The notes: generated by a model from the sequence alone, not told the origin. A stretch of 63,554 nucleotides of DNA, filler included, from Gonapodya sp. JEL0774 (GCA_027604505.1; 10 parts of 10 records of this genome joined end to end with filler, not necessarily neighbours in it); one strand, 5' to 3'; positions 51,355 to 63,554 are shown, numbered from the whole stretch's first letter. Made by a program: numbers and translations.

Positions 51355-52100
51355 TTACGTGCACTCAAAATTGACTTGGAGTGTACAAAAGCTTCGCATG
51401 CGAGGGTCACTCGCTGGCTTTGGTATATCCACAGAATCCCAATGGGTATTTGCAATATCAAAGCGTTTCGCTTTCGGAGTGGATACAGTCAAGAGTCTCT
51501 CCTCTAATATTGTCCGAACTGCGGGACTCATGCGTAAAGTGTTATCCACCTGCTCCCCATCGGCTTGCAATTCCAACACGTCTTTGAGAACACCCTCCCC
51601 AATACCATGTTCAAGGAGTGCTTTTACCATATCTACGTGTCCGCCGTTGCAAGCATTCTTAAAGCCTATGCATCCTCGTGCTTGGGCATTGGCTCCTCGT
51701 TCCAAAAGGATTTTGACGACGTCCGTGTGACCACTGAGGGTCGCATAATAGAGGACCACGTCATCGCCACAGTGTATGGCCATACCTTTATCCAGGTACA
51801 ACTTCACAATTGGCGCGTATCCGCTACAGCATGCCGTGAACAGTACGCCAGGCGTACCCCAGGGTGAGATTATATTAGCCCCTCGAGCAAGAAGGCACTC
51901 AACCACATCCAGGCGGCCCGTTGAGGTGGCGGGTAGTCTTCAAAATGCGGATCTTCAGCCCCTCGGAAAATAGAATTCGCATCTGCGCCTCCATGATCCA
52001 CGAGAATTCGAATTGTACTCAAATTGCCTGCCCTGCACGCTCGATACAAGGCGGCGCTAGCATAACTACATTCACATTATGTTCGTGAACCTTCCACTTT
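51355..52100 (-). pseudogene. Ankyrin-repeat gene with disrupted 5' part
   Basis: ALYRACRAGNLSTIRILVDHGGADAN, then a frameshift near 51930 to ATSTGRLDVVECLLARGANI..GHTDVVKILLERGANAQAR..ACNGGHVDMVKALL. Paralogous to 52341-53354. Confidence 0.7.
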
Positions 52101-52340
52101 CGTGGATCAACCAGGACCCCTGCGCTCGGTGCCACGAGTGTCGTTCCATTACGTACCCAGTCTCGTGGGGTTTCACAAGGTTCCACTTCATGGTCGATCT
52201 CTTGTCTTGATCATGGTCCTAGCTAGGATAAACTATTTGTGGTGAGGGGCTGTGGTCTGCTGTGGTGCGGTGCGTCGGCAAAACTAAGCACATCGCCCAA
52301 CAAAAGGGAATGCAGCAGCAATTTTGGTACTTTGACTTGC

Positions 52341-53354
52341 ATGGACAGAATCATAAAATATCTGCTTCGTGGTGACCACACCACGGTGATTCCTCGCTTC
52401 CCATTCCTCGCGCTGCCGCCCGAAATCCAATCCCGAGTCTCCCACTTTTGGCCCAATCATCGCCTCGGTCTGCCCGCTTCGGCGCTCTGTCGGCAGATTT
52501 TGCCAGCAATGCGCGATCCGAAAGCCATTGCCGAGCGTGCGCTGCGTCATTTCCCGATGTCTGTATATCAGCTGGAGAAGGAGCGCAAGAGGCTACCAGC
52601 GATTGAATCGTTCATTATGGGGGCGGTGCTCCACAGAAGTGCCGCACCCAAGAAAAACCTGTCATTTGTCGCCGCGACGAGAGAAAAGTCGTCGCTTGTA
52701 GCCCGCCTTATGATGACTCGAAATGTCCGTCAAGCGGAATGGGCGAACAAGGCGCTAGAGAATGCTTGCTTCTGGGGATCCATCGACATAGTTCGACTTC
52801 TCTTGGATTACGGTGTTGATGTAAACTGGGACAATGGGGCTGCACTGGATGAAGCTTCCCGGCAGGGGTACATTGACATTGTTCGCCTTCTCCTGGAGCG
52901 CGGAACGAGCATGATCTCACCGAATGACGGAGTTCCTACCCCTATGCTCTTAGCATGCCTCTATGGGTGTGCAAATGTTGTGGCACTCTTTCTGGATATG
53001 GGGGCCGACATCCACTACGATGGTGACTACGCCCTCTGGATGGCAGCAAAACACGGCAGGGTGTTCGTGGTTCGCCTCCTGTTGGACAGAGGTGCGAACG
53101 TCCGAGCGAGATGGTGTCGCGCGTTTAAAGATGCTTGCTCCGGTGGTCATCTGAGGGTTGTCGAAATGCTGCTTAAGGCGAATATTGGGGAGGATGACGT
53201 CAAGGCTGTACTGCGACAGCCAGACCTCCAGGACAATATCCGACAACTACTAGAAGAAAATGTCGGAAAACTGGGACCTGTTAAATGTTGTTTTGTGTGT
53301 ACCCGGCGCCAAGTGAATCGTGTTGGAGTTCAACAATACATGTTAACGTCTTGA
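52341..53354 (+). CDS. F-box-like + ankyrin-repeat protein
   Basis: FPFLALPPEIQSRV N-terminus followed by about 5 ankyrin repeats. Confidence 0.85.
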   Translation: MDRIIKYLLRGDHTTVIPRFPFLALPPEIQSRVSHFWPNHRLGLPASALCRQILPAMRDPKAIAERALRHFPMSVYQLEKERKRLPAIESFIMGAVLHRSAAPKKNLSFVAATREKSSLVARLMMTRNVRQAEWANKALENACFWGSIDIVRLLLDYGVDVNWDNGAALDEASRQGYIDIVRLLLERGTSMISPNDGVPTPMLLACLYGCANVVALFLDMGADIHYDGDYALWMAAKHGRVFVVRLLLDRGANVRARWCRAFKDACSGGHLRVVEMLLKANIGEDDVKAVLRQPDLQDNIRQLLEENVGKLGPVKCCFVCTRRQVNRVGVQQYMLTS

Positions 53355-53572
53355 GAGACAACCGTGTTGCCTTGCCCACACACAGTACACAAATCAGCAG
53401 CATAAGAGTCTCCTAGCTCACCATGATCTTTGACGTGGTTTTCCGTGAAGATCTATTTGGAAGCACCAGCCTTCAACAATTTAACCACCTAAACCTTCCC
53501 ACCGCCCACTCTAAAACCGCACAACCAATTACGTCTCGTTACCCCCCGTGTTTGTTACCCTTCCGTCGGCCC

Positions 53573-55946
<2,374 letters not shown>

Positions 55947-56207
55947 GACTGGAAGGGGATGGCAGTGGGAGAAGGAATACTTGCGGTGTGCCAGCACACA
56001 CACTACGAAATTCCCCCTGTGGTCACATTATCTGGGAACAAACAAACGGACGAACTCATTTCAATTTTCATAGACGCAACACAAAACCGTACGAGTGAGC
56101 ACATAATTACTATTTGAATGGTCGAGGGTGTCGGGAAACCTTGAGCCCGGGGAAGCTCCGATATAGCCATACAAACCCGCGTCCGGGGGGATGCTTTGAA
56201 AGTAAAA

Positions 56208-57107
56208 TCAAAGGCCAATGGCCAAGTCCAGTGTATTTAAAGAATCCGTCAATAGCGATCTGAGCGTCGCATTGCTTCTCGGAACGACCTTCAAAGCCAC
56301 GACAATACACTGACGCTCTACGCCAGCCTCCAGAAGCATGCGAGCAATTTCAGTATGGCCGCCAGCGCACGCATCTTTGAGAGCCATGACGCACTCTGGT
56401 TCGTGTACGTCGGCCCCACGTCTAAGCAGGAGCTTCGCGGCCTCAAAATGACCTCGGCACGCTTTGTTAAGCCCTGCACAATAATCTTTCTGCGAAACTA
56501 CATCATTGTCCAATAGAAGTTCAATGACTGCCACGTTGCCCTTGCCGCATGCCGTGATCAGGTGGGTCCGTCCATATGCCCAGGTTGCGCGATGTGAGAG
56601 AAGAAGCCGAACTGCGTCCAAGTGTCCACCAAATATTGCAAAGTAGAGTGATGCATCTCCAGTTGCGTGGATATCAGCACCGTGGTCAAGGAGCATCTGA
56701 ATGAGTCCTGCGAATCCCAAGGAGCTCGCGACAGCAAGAGCTCTGCTCTTGGCAGCGGTTGAAGGAGAAAGCCCCAGCAGCAGCGAGACTATCGATTCTG
56801 ATCCGGCTTTCACAGCGCTTCGGAGGCAATCCTCGAGAGTGTCTTCATCCAGAATGACACCTTTTCGAATGATCGCTTGGACGACTTCCAACTGAATCGG
56901 CAGTCGTTCAACGAAAGCGCGCAGGGCGGCTTGCCCGGTTCCGAATCGCCTAATTGCGCGCTCGGCGATGGAGTTCGGATCACGCAGGGCGGGGAGGAGG
57001 TGGTGACACAGAGCGGATGTGGGAAGACCGAGGGGATGGCTGGGCCAGAAAAAGCCGATGCGGGACTGGATTTCGAGAGGAAGCAGAAGCAGCGGGAACG
57101 AGGACAT
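56208..57107 (-). CDS. F-box-like + ankyrin-repeat protein
   Basis: FPLLLLPLEIQSRIGFFWPSHPLGLPTSALC..RDPNSIAERAIRRF, nearly colinear with the 52341 paralog. Ankyrin repeats follow. Confidence 0.85.
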   Translation of the reverse strand: MSSFPLLLLPLEIQSRIGFFWPSHPLGLPTSALCHHLLPALRDPNSIAERAIRRFGTGQAALRAFVERLPIQLEVVQAIIRKGVILDEDTLEDCLRSAVKAGSESIVSLLLGLSPSTAAKSRALAVASSLGFAGLIQMLLDHGADIHATGDASLYFAIFGGHLDAVRLLLSHRATWAYGRTHLITACGKGNVAVIELLLDNDVVSQKDYCAGLNKACRGHFEAAKLLLRRGADVHEPECVMALKDACAGGHTEIARMLLEAGVERQCIVVALKVVPRSNATLRSLLTDSLNTLDLAIGL

Positions 57108-57706
57108 ATATCGTGTTGATTCGAGGGAGATATATTGTTACATATATATGTACAGATCTAGAGAGCAAAGGTGCCCTTCAGATGCCGATCCAATAAGCTG
57201 AGAATTTGAGCTCTCATGCTCTCCGCAATTTCTTCCTCCCCGACTCTTCNNNNNNNNNNNNNNNNNNNNNNNNNNNNNNNNNNNNNNNNNNNNTTAATTA
57301 ATTAANNNNNNNNNNNNNNNNNNNNNNNNNNNNNNNNNNNNNNNNNNNNAAGCACTACGTGGCACTCTCGTAATCATATTACGATTAAACATGTTTATAC
57401 GAAGTCATGACCGTCCTATAAAAACCCACTTGAGCAGTGGAGTTCCAACCTCTCAAACTTGTTTCACCACATTCCGAACTTCTTTGACAAACGCACCCGC
57501 CGCACCCAACCCCTTTCTTGGTACGTTGTCACCTTGCAGACTGGCATTCGCTCGCTCTGAGATGGTTTGAGGTTTCATGGGCTCCCCTGCCTCTTTGTCA
57601 GCATACACCTTGAATTGGGACATGGCAACACCGATCCCCAGTCCGGCATCTGACCGGCTTCCACCAGTGGGCGAACCACCAATGCCGGTCGCAAGCTGGT
57701 TAAATC

Positions 57707-58285
57707 TTGTCCCCGAATACGAGAAAGGGTGAGGATTGTGTCAGTCACGCCTCCCTTGCGCCACTTGTACTGATGCCTGATCGATGTTGCCGGGCCTGCA
57801 CTGGGGTCGCACTCAAAACATACACATCGACAAACGACCAAACGTTTATCAGTCAAATCTGCCAAAAATACCTGCTCAATAACTGCCGATTTGGAATCCA
57901 CCGCTGCGCCCGCCCTCATGCCAAGTACACCAATTACGATGACATCCGCACTCTGCGAGATCTCCTGGCTGACGCAAACACCCAGTACCGGGCACAACAA
58001 GGCCACTTTGGCGGCGGGCCAATTCGTTCCAACCAGACAGTGAGCCCACCTCGCGCTGAAAGCACGGCCGCTCCCAGTGGCTCCAGCAACGTGAAAACTG
58101 GCACTGGCACCTCTAAGATCCTCTTGACCAAAGTGGATGAGATTCTCACCCGTCTCACTGCCCTGGAGGCTCGTCTAAAAGGCGCAACGGCTGTTGGTGA
58201 ACCAATGGACACATCCGGTGACTCGCAAGTGGCGGCACTAGCAGTTGGGGGTGGAGTTTCTTTAACAGTGGGACACTCCGTTTAA
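57707..58285 (+). CDS. CCCH zinc-finger protein with short coiled coil (5' structure uncertain)
   Basis: ICQKYLLNNCRFGIHRCARPH; KVDEILTRLTALEARL. Confidence 0.5.
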   Translation: MSPNTRKGEDCVSHASLAPLVLMPDRCCRACTGVALKTYTSTNDQTFISQICQKYLLNNCRFGIHRCARPHAKYTNYDDIRTLRDLLADANTQYRAQQGHFGGGPIRSNQTVSPPRAESTAAPSGSSNVKTGTGTSKILLTKVDEILTRLTALEARLKGATAVGEPMDTSGDSQVAALAVGGGVSLTVGHSV

Positions 58286-58365
58286 TTGTACTGCGAACTA
58301 TTTTACTGGCCAGCTCGGCCATCTGTAATTCGTTTTACAAACAAATACACGAGGCGCGGGAGCTG

Positions 58366-58460
58366 CGAAAATCAGCTGAGGTTCGGATAATCTGTGTGGA
58401 GGCGTGCGATAAACTGAGTTTACCGTGAAGGTCAACTAGTTCGGTGGGCACCGGAAGACC
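58366..58460 (+). repeat. Intact 95-bp A-B repeat unit (A 48 bp, B 50 bp, sharing AAA)
   Basis: A is identical to 58563-58610. B matches 63428-63477 with one mismatch. Confidence 0.95.
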
Positions 58461-58752
58461 AAAGCCGTAAGAAATAAAATTCCCGCAGAGCAACCAATAC
58501 GGTCTGCACCCGTATTAACCCATTATCCCGATTCTCCCGCTGCAACCAATGAAGCTGAGATACGAAAATCAGCTGAGGTTCGGATAATCTGTGTGGAGGC
58601 GTGCGATAAAAGGCTGCACATGGACCGTTGTCAGTCACCACACAACCTTCGTTTCTCTCCAAACGAAATCATCGCATTCCGAATTACCAATCGCAAATAC
58701 ATCGTTCATTGAACTCGATACGTTCAATCACGTTTCCCTCTTCCCGTTCCGA

Positions 58753-60306
58753 ATGCCTCGTGCCCCACGTATCCCCCGTGCCCCTGCTGCCCCTGTCCCG
58801 AACATTCTCGCAAACGAACCACTCACGATAGAGCAGCTCCGCACTGCCATCACGAGGCAAGAAGTGCAGAAAGCGACGTACAAATCGCTCGTGCATATCG
58901 GTCGCCGTTATAATCGTTCAAATCCCGTGGAAAAACTCGCTTTGACCGGTTCAGCAGACTTGATCCGAGCCCGTATCATTGCTCTTCTGCCGAACGCACC
59001 CCCTCCCGAATCAATTACCGTTGAAGAACTTCGTGCACAACTAAGCCTGGTTGACGTAGACACGGCAGAACGTGCAACGCTGCTTGACTTCGCTCAGAAG
59101 TTCAACAGCTCAGAACCAGAAACGAAACTCCCCGTCTCAGGAGCCCTTTCGTCGATTAGAAAGGCTTTCCGAGAACTACTCAATCCTGAAATTGAGCTCG
59201 TAGCTGCAGTAGAACCTGCAGTCCCCCAACCCAACAACGAAGCTGAGCCATCTGCTCAGGTTACCCGAACCTTACCGAAGCTCAAAGCAGTCACCTTTGC
59301 GCCTGCACATCCCGACACTCCCACTGGTCAGGTCCAGACAGAATTTGAGACATCCAGTGCTAGTGCCCGGCGCAACCGCGAACTGCTAGACAACGTTCTC
59401 CTCTCCGAAAGCTTGCTCGAAACTGGAACACACGACCCAAACAGATTGGGGTTCCAAGAGTTTCATTCGTTTGACTATTTCCGAGGGGATTCTATTGTCT
59501 CCGGAGCACAAATCGAAAACCCCGTTCTCCGCGTCATTGAAGACCGCCGAAGGTATCACCGTGAGAACTTTGCGGAAACGTACCGCCAAATTCTTGCTGG
59601 TGCACACGAACCCCTTCCCCAAGCTGTTTGGAAAGACATTGCCTTTGGCACATACGTCTCTCTGGAGAAGTGTCTAGACGATAACGTACAAATAGCTTTG
59701 TCTGACCCCAACGTACAATTAATTGCAGGAACAACCGCCGCAATCGTTCTCAGTGACCCCCGCCCCAAAGTCACCATTTCAAACTTCACTACCTGGTTCA
59801 GTGCCTGGCAAACGTATGCCGCCGCATCGTGTTACCTTTTCCCAGAACTCCGAAAATGGGGCGTGCTTGATGGATACGCCAAGCACATCTCCCAGCTTGT
59901 CCGAATGTATGGTGAGCATAACTGGGCCCGAATCTACCAGTACGATGTTGCACGCAGACAGAGGGTTGCCGCGAACCCAGCCCTCTCCCTTCTTGACCCG
60001 AATGTTGTCTCGCCCTCGCTCTACCTCGCTGCCCTATCCACATCCCCCAAACCGCCCCAACCACTCGCTGGTAAGAAATCCAGTAGGCCCGGGAGCAGCC
60101 AAAATCGGGCAAACGAAATTTGCAATAACTGGAACGAGGGACGATGCACAGAACATGGGCCTTGTCCCTCGACTCGCCAGCACATCTGCAAACGTTGCAA
60201 TGCCCGTCACCGTGCAATCCATTTCCCACAACGGGGTAATGTCGCCGCGCCTCCCCGAACTGCAGGTCCAGGGCGCGCTGTGGCCGGCAGTGCCGGCGCC
60301 CCTTGA
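58753..60306 (+). CDS. gag: Gag-like ORF1 with duplicated N-terminal helical domain and C-terminal Cys/His finger
   Basis: TWFSAWQTYA, W..IYQYDVARR, ICNNWNEGRC..C..HICKRCNARH. Confidence 0.85.
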   Translation: MPRAPRIPRAPAAPVPNILANEPLTIEQLRTAITRQEVQKATYKSLVHIGRRYNRSNPVEKLALTGSADLIRARIIALLPNAPPPESITVEELRAQLSLVDVDTAERATLLDFAQKFNSSEPETKLPVSGALSSIRKAFRELLNPEIELVAAVEPAVPQPNNEAEPSAQVTRTLPKLKAVTFAPAHPDTPTGQVQTEFETSSASARRNRELLDNVLLSESLLETGTHDPNRLGFQEFHSFDYFRGDSIVSGAQIENPVLRVIEDRRRYHRENFAETYRQILAGAHEPLPQAVWKDIAFGTYVSLEKCLDDNVQIALSDPNVQLIAGTTAAIVLSDPRPKVTISNFTTWFSAWQTYAAASCYLFPELRKWGVLDGYAKHISQLVRMYGEHNWARIYQYDVARRQRVAANPALSLLDPNVVSPSLYLAALSTSPKPPQPLAGKKSSRPGSSQNRANEICNNWNEGRCTEHGPCPSTRQHICKRCNARHRAIHFPQRGNVAAPPRTAGPGRAVAGSAGAP

Positions 60307-62097
60307 CCTGGCATATTTACGTCCCCAACGCCCTCTATTTGAGGAGGTTATACCCGATAATTCCCACAAACCTGCCCTCCTCTCTGGGCCTGCGACAGAG
60401 AATACCCCCCTTATTCCGTATACCCATGCCCCGAATGAAGTAGCTCTTATTTCTACGCTACCCCCCAACCTCTTCCACCTCGGCCCCTCCCCCATTAACG
60501 TAAAAGCAATTCGTGAATTGACTTCTGATCACCCAAACCGTGGCTACGTTGCCTACATAGAGCAAGGGCTGACAGAAGGCTTTTCATGGGGCCTTACGGG
60601 CCTTCACACACCATTTGTTCTCGAAAATCTCAAATCAAGTTCCCTTGCACCCGAAAAAATTGACCAAAACATTTCCGAAGAACTTGCTTTGGGTCGGATG
60701 ACGTCCACCGATGGACTTCCGCATCCACAAGCCCGTGTGTCCCCGATAGGCCAAGTGCCGAAACGGGACTCGGACAAAGTTCGAAACATTTTCCACCTTT
60801 CCGCTGCCCCACCGGGCGTCAACTCTGTCAACGATGACATTGATCCCGACAATTTCCGTACCCAGTATGAGGGCATCTCCACTATCATTTCTTGGCTCCG
60901 CCATCTGGGTCCCAACTGCTGGGCCTGGAAGGTGGATGTCAAAGCCGCTTTTCGTCTTCTTCCCCTCCGTATTCTTGATCAACTCTCGCACATATTTCAA
61001 TGGCGCGGGAAGTATTATATTGATCACAACCTCTCCTTTGGAGGTCGTCCATCCCCCGCCCTTTGGAACCGTCTGGCAGATCTACTTTGTTGGATTGCTA
61101 ACAGACGGCTCCGCATACCTGGTGCAATCGGCCATTATATGGACGATTTCTGGGTCTTTTTCGCGGCTCGTATGCCGAAGCTTACGAGGCCTTTACAGGC
61201 TTCCTTGCTTTACTTTCGCATCTTCATGTTCCGATTGCCCCCGAAAAAGTTGTCCCCCCCTCCCATTTCATCACGTTGATCGGCTTTGCCATCAACACTC
61301 AGACTATGCGTATTACCATCCCGTCTGATCGTGTTCTGTCTCTCCTCTCCGATCTTGAGAAGTGGCAGACACGTCAACATTGCCACCTCAGTGATCTCCA
61401 ATCGCTCGTTGGATCACTGATCTGGTATGGTCAAGTCCTTCCCCACGCCCGCACTTTTACTCACGAGTGTCTTTTGCGAACACGCCCTACGGCAAATGGT
61501 GGTCGCACCCGCCATGTCTCCCGATCAATGAAGGCTGAGTTCACGTGGTGGACCCAGGCTCTACGTATTTGGCCAGGTCTCGACCTTACTGCTGACCTCC
61601 GTTGGATTCAGCCTGCAGACTCTATCTTTTACACAGATTCTACGCCCCTCGCGGGTGGGGCCACGATCAACTCCCGTTTCACTCGCATTTCATGGCCCCC
61701 GCTCACATCCCTCCCCGCCCAAGCCACCATTCAAGTGCTCGAACTTGCCATGGTCTGGGTTGCGATAGCTACTTTTGCCACCGATGTGCGCAACCGACGG
61801 CTCATTTGCTTTACCGATAATGAGGCAAATGTGCATGCGTTCCACAAGGGCGCTAGTGATAACACCCTTGTGCACTCGATTATTCGCGAGCTCTATTGGA
61901 TTCAGCTCCGGCTGGAGATGGAGCTTCGCCTCGTTTTCATTCCTGGTCTCACAAACTCTGTTGCAGATCTCATCTCACGCACCCCGACTGATGCCGCTGC
62001 CATCAGTGCACTTCCCCTCCTCCATTTCTCCCCTGCTGCCGTTCCACCCTTTACAGAACCATCACTGCGTATTCTTTTTGAGGTCGGCACGCCTTAG
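59723..62097 (+). CDS. pol: Reverse transcriptase + RNase H (1-nt frameshift near 61154)
   Basis: SPIGQVPK, RNIFHLS, KVDVKAAFR, LSFGGRPSP, HYMDDF. RNase H: FYTDS, IQVLEL, FTDNE, FIPGLTNSVADLISR. Confidence 0.92.
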
Positions 62098-62187
62098 ATT
62101 TACGCGGGGGGGGGGGGGGGGGGGGGGGGNNNNNNNNNNTTACCCACACTCCCCGAGCTGCTTGAGCTCCCCGATATCCCCCAGTTT

Positions 62188-63207
62188 TTGGGGTCCCAAC
62201 GCCTTGCTCGCGTAGGCCCCCATGTCCGCACACTCCCCTCTGCCGTTCGCACCCGTCTTGAACGTCTGCTCAGCACACCCGTGCAGCGTAACACAATGAG
62301 CAAATATGTTTCCAACCTCCGCTCCTATGCGCAAATTGTCCGCCAGTATGCCCTGCCCGAGCGCTGTCTTACCCTGCCGATCCCGCTCGATGGTCTTTGG
62401 ACCTTTATCTCTGCATACTCTGCTGATCACGATCACCCCACCGTCCTCCAAGCGCTTGCTGGCCTTAACTTCTGGCATAAGGCGTTTGGTGTAGCTTGGG
62501 GTGCACGTGATGACCCCCACACCCTTCAGCTGTTACAGGCTACCCGTGCCGAACCCCGTAAGAAGCCTTTTAAACAGGCCACTCCAATCTCTATACATGC
62601 GCTCCGCACAATCCAGCAACGTATAAACCCCACCCGCCCCGACCACGCCCTCTTTTGGGTTATATGTGCCTTTGGTTTTCACGGTCTCTTCCGCCTTGGT
62701 GAACTCACCATTCTGGGTGAAGATGACAACCCCCTCCGAGTACTCCCCCTCCGTAATGTCATTGAGGAGACACTGAGCAACGGCGTGCCAGTGATCTCTG
62801 TCACTCTCCCTTATGCGAAACATAACAACCCCACCGTCCCCCTCACTGTCCCGCTTCTCCAAACCAACGATGTCACCTGCCCTGTCAAAGCATGGCAGAA
62901 TTACCGTCGGGTTTGTCGGCCCCATACATTCTTTGCACTGACGTTGCCCGACGGCTCGTCTCCCACACGGCGTTGGTTTCTTGAAAGCCTTCGCCTTTTC
63001 TATCCCGAACTTGACCTTACAGGTCATAGCTTCCGTTCTGGTGGCGCGATGTACCTTCTCGCAGAAGGTGTCCCCTCACTAGTTATTCAGCGCCGCGGTC
63101 GCTGGACAGATGAGTCCTGGCAGCGTTATCTACGTAATCACCCCCATTTCTGGGCGGCCCTCCAATATCACGCTCTTGCAAGCTCCCGCTCCCGTCCCCC
63201 CCCGTAA
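62188..63207 (+). CDS. Tyrosine recombinase
   Basis: GLFRLGEL, CPV, GHSFRSGGA, GRW..WQRY. The catalytic R..H-x-x-R..W..Y residues are present. Confidence 0.95.
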   Translation: MGSQRLARVGPHVRTLPSAVRTRLERLLSTPVQRNTMSKYVSNLRSYAQIVRQYALPERCLTLPIPLDGLWTFISAYSADHDHPTVLQALAGLNFWHKAFGVAWGARDDPHTLQLLQATRAEPRKKPFKQATPISIHALRTIQQRINPTRPDHALFWVICAFGFHGLFRLGELTILGEDDNPLRVLPLRNVIEETLSNGVPVISVTLPYAKHNNPTVPLTVPLLQTNDVTCPVKAWQNYRRVCRPHTFFALTLPDGSSPTRRWFLESLRLFYPELDLTGHSFRSGGAMYLLAEGVPSLVIQRRGRWTDESWQRYLRNHPHFWAALQYHALASSRSRPPP

Positions 63208-63477
63208 CATACACTACTGCTCGCTTGCCACACTTTACGGCCAACCTTTCACACTACATTCAAGACTGCGGCCTCGCTCGCCCAGATCTTTAGCTACTTT
63301 CTATTCTGGGCATCTCGGCGCTCTGTTTTCTGTCATACACTTTTCCCGAATACACGAGACATGGGAATCCGTTCCCATGTCTTTGAAGCCTACAATTTTC
63401 GATTCGGAATGCGGGTCGGTGCCAATCAAACTGAGTTCACCGTGAAGGTCAACTAGTTCGGTGGGCACCGGAAGACC

Positions 63478-63508
63478 TTAGGGTTAGGGTTAGGGTTAGG
63501 GTTAGGGT
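63478..63508 (+). repeat. Telomeric-type repeat (TTAGGG)5, interstitial in this contig
   Basis: Five exact TTAGGG units start immediately after repeat B and are followed by about 46 nt of non-telomeric sequence. Confidence 0.95.
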
Positions 63509-63554
63509 GCATACATGACTTGGGTGTGGGGTGGCGGGTGGGTGGCACCTTCGG

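Larger units (their letters stand above)
58366..63477 (+). mobile_element. Tyrosine-recombinase retrotransposon (DIRS order, Ngaro-like) with its flanking repeats
   Basis: Overlapping gag and RT/RNase H ORFs, then a YR ORF. No methyltransferase ORF. Direct repeats A (58366-58413, 58563-58610) and B (58411-58460, 63428-63477). Confidence 0.92.

Noticed and set aside
58366..63477. Classification as an LTR retrotransposon or DIRS1-type element
   Set aside because: It has a YR rather than a DDE integrase, no protease, no long inverted terminal repeats and no methyltransferase ORF.
63478..63554. True chromosome end
   Set aside because: There are only five TTAGGG units, and non-telomeric sequence follows, so it is interstitial or subtelomeric as assembled.

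Overview
This is eukaryotic, intron-rich genomic DNA, most likely from an early-diverging zoosporic fungus. The F-box-ankyrin and ankyrin-coiled-coil-SH3 families resemble those of monoblepharids such as Gonapodya; that assignment is an inference. The window is not one locus. It is ten small contigs of 6307 to 6205 bp, sorted by decreasing length and joined by artificial 100-bp N/TTAATTAATTAA/N spacers, so adjacency across a spacer means nothing. Recognisable genes: two tandem SnoaL/NTF2-like genes, two CYSTM-like genes, NAD(P) transhydrogenase, sterol desaturase-family paralogs, a 2OG-Fe(II) dioxygenase, a bacterial-type PabB with an intron, DUF599, EFM5, a Rieske protein, a thioredoxin-like protein, a class III (GABA-type) aminotransferase, a C2H2 transcription factor, a RhoGAP, a deaminase-fold protein, a cAMP-receptor-like GPCR, Rab11, and several F-box/ankyrin genes and pseudogenes. 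The most notable item is a near-intact Ngaro-type tyrosine-recombinase retrotransposon. It splits the second copy of a 95-bp repeat at a shared AAA, and that split repeat runs directly into (TTAGGG)5. Also notable is a CpG-depleted contig with a hAT relic next to a decayed, intron-containing ParB-like plus amino-DNA-methyltransferase-like gene.
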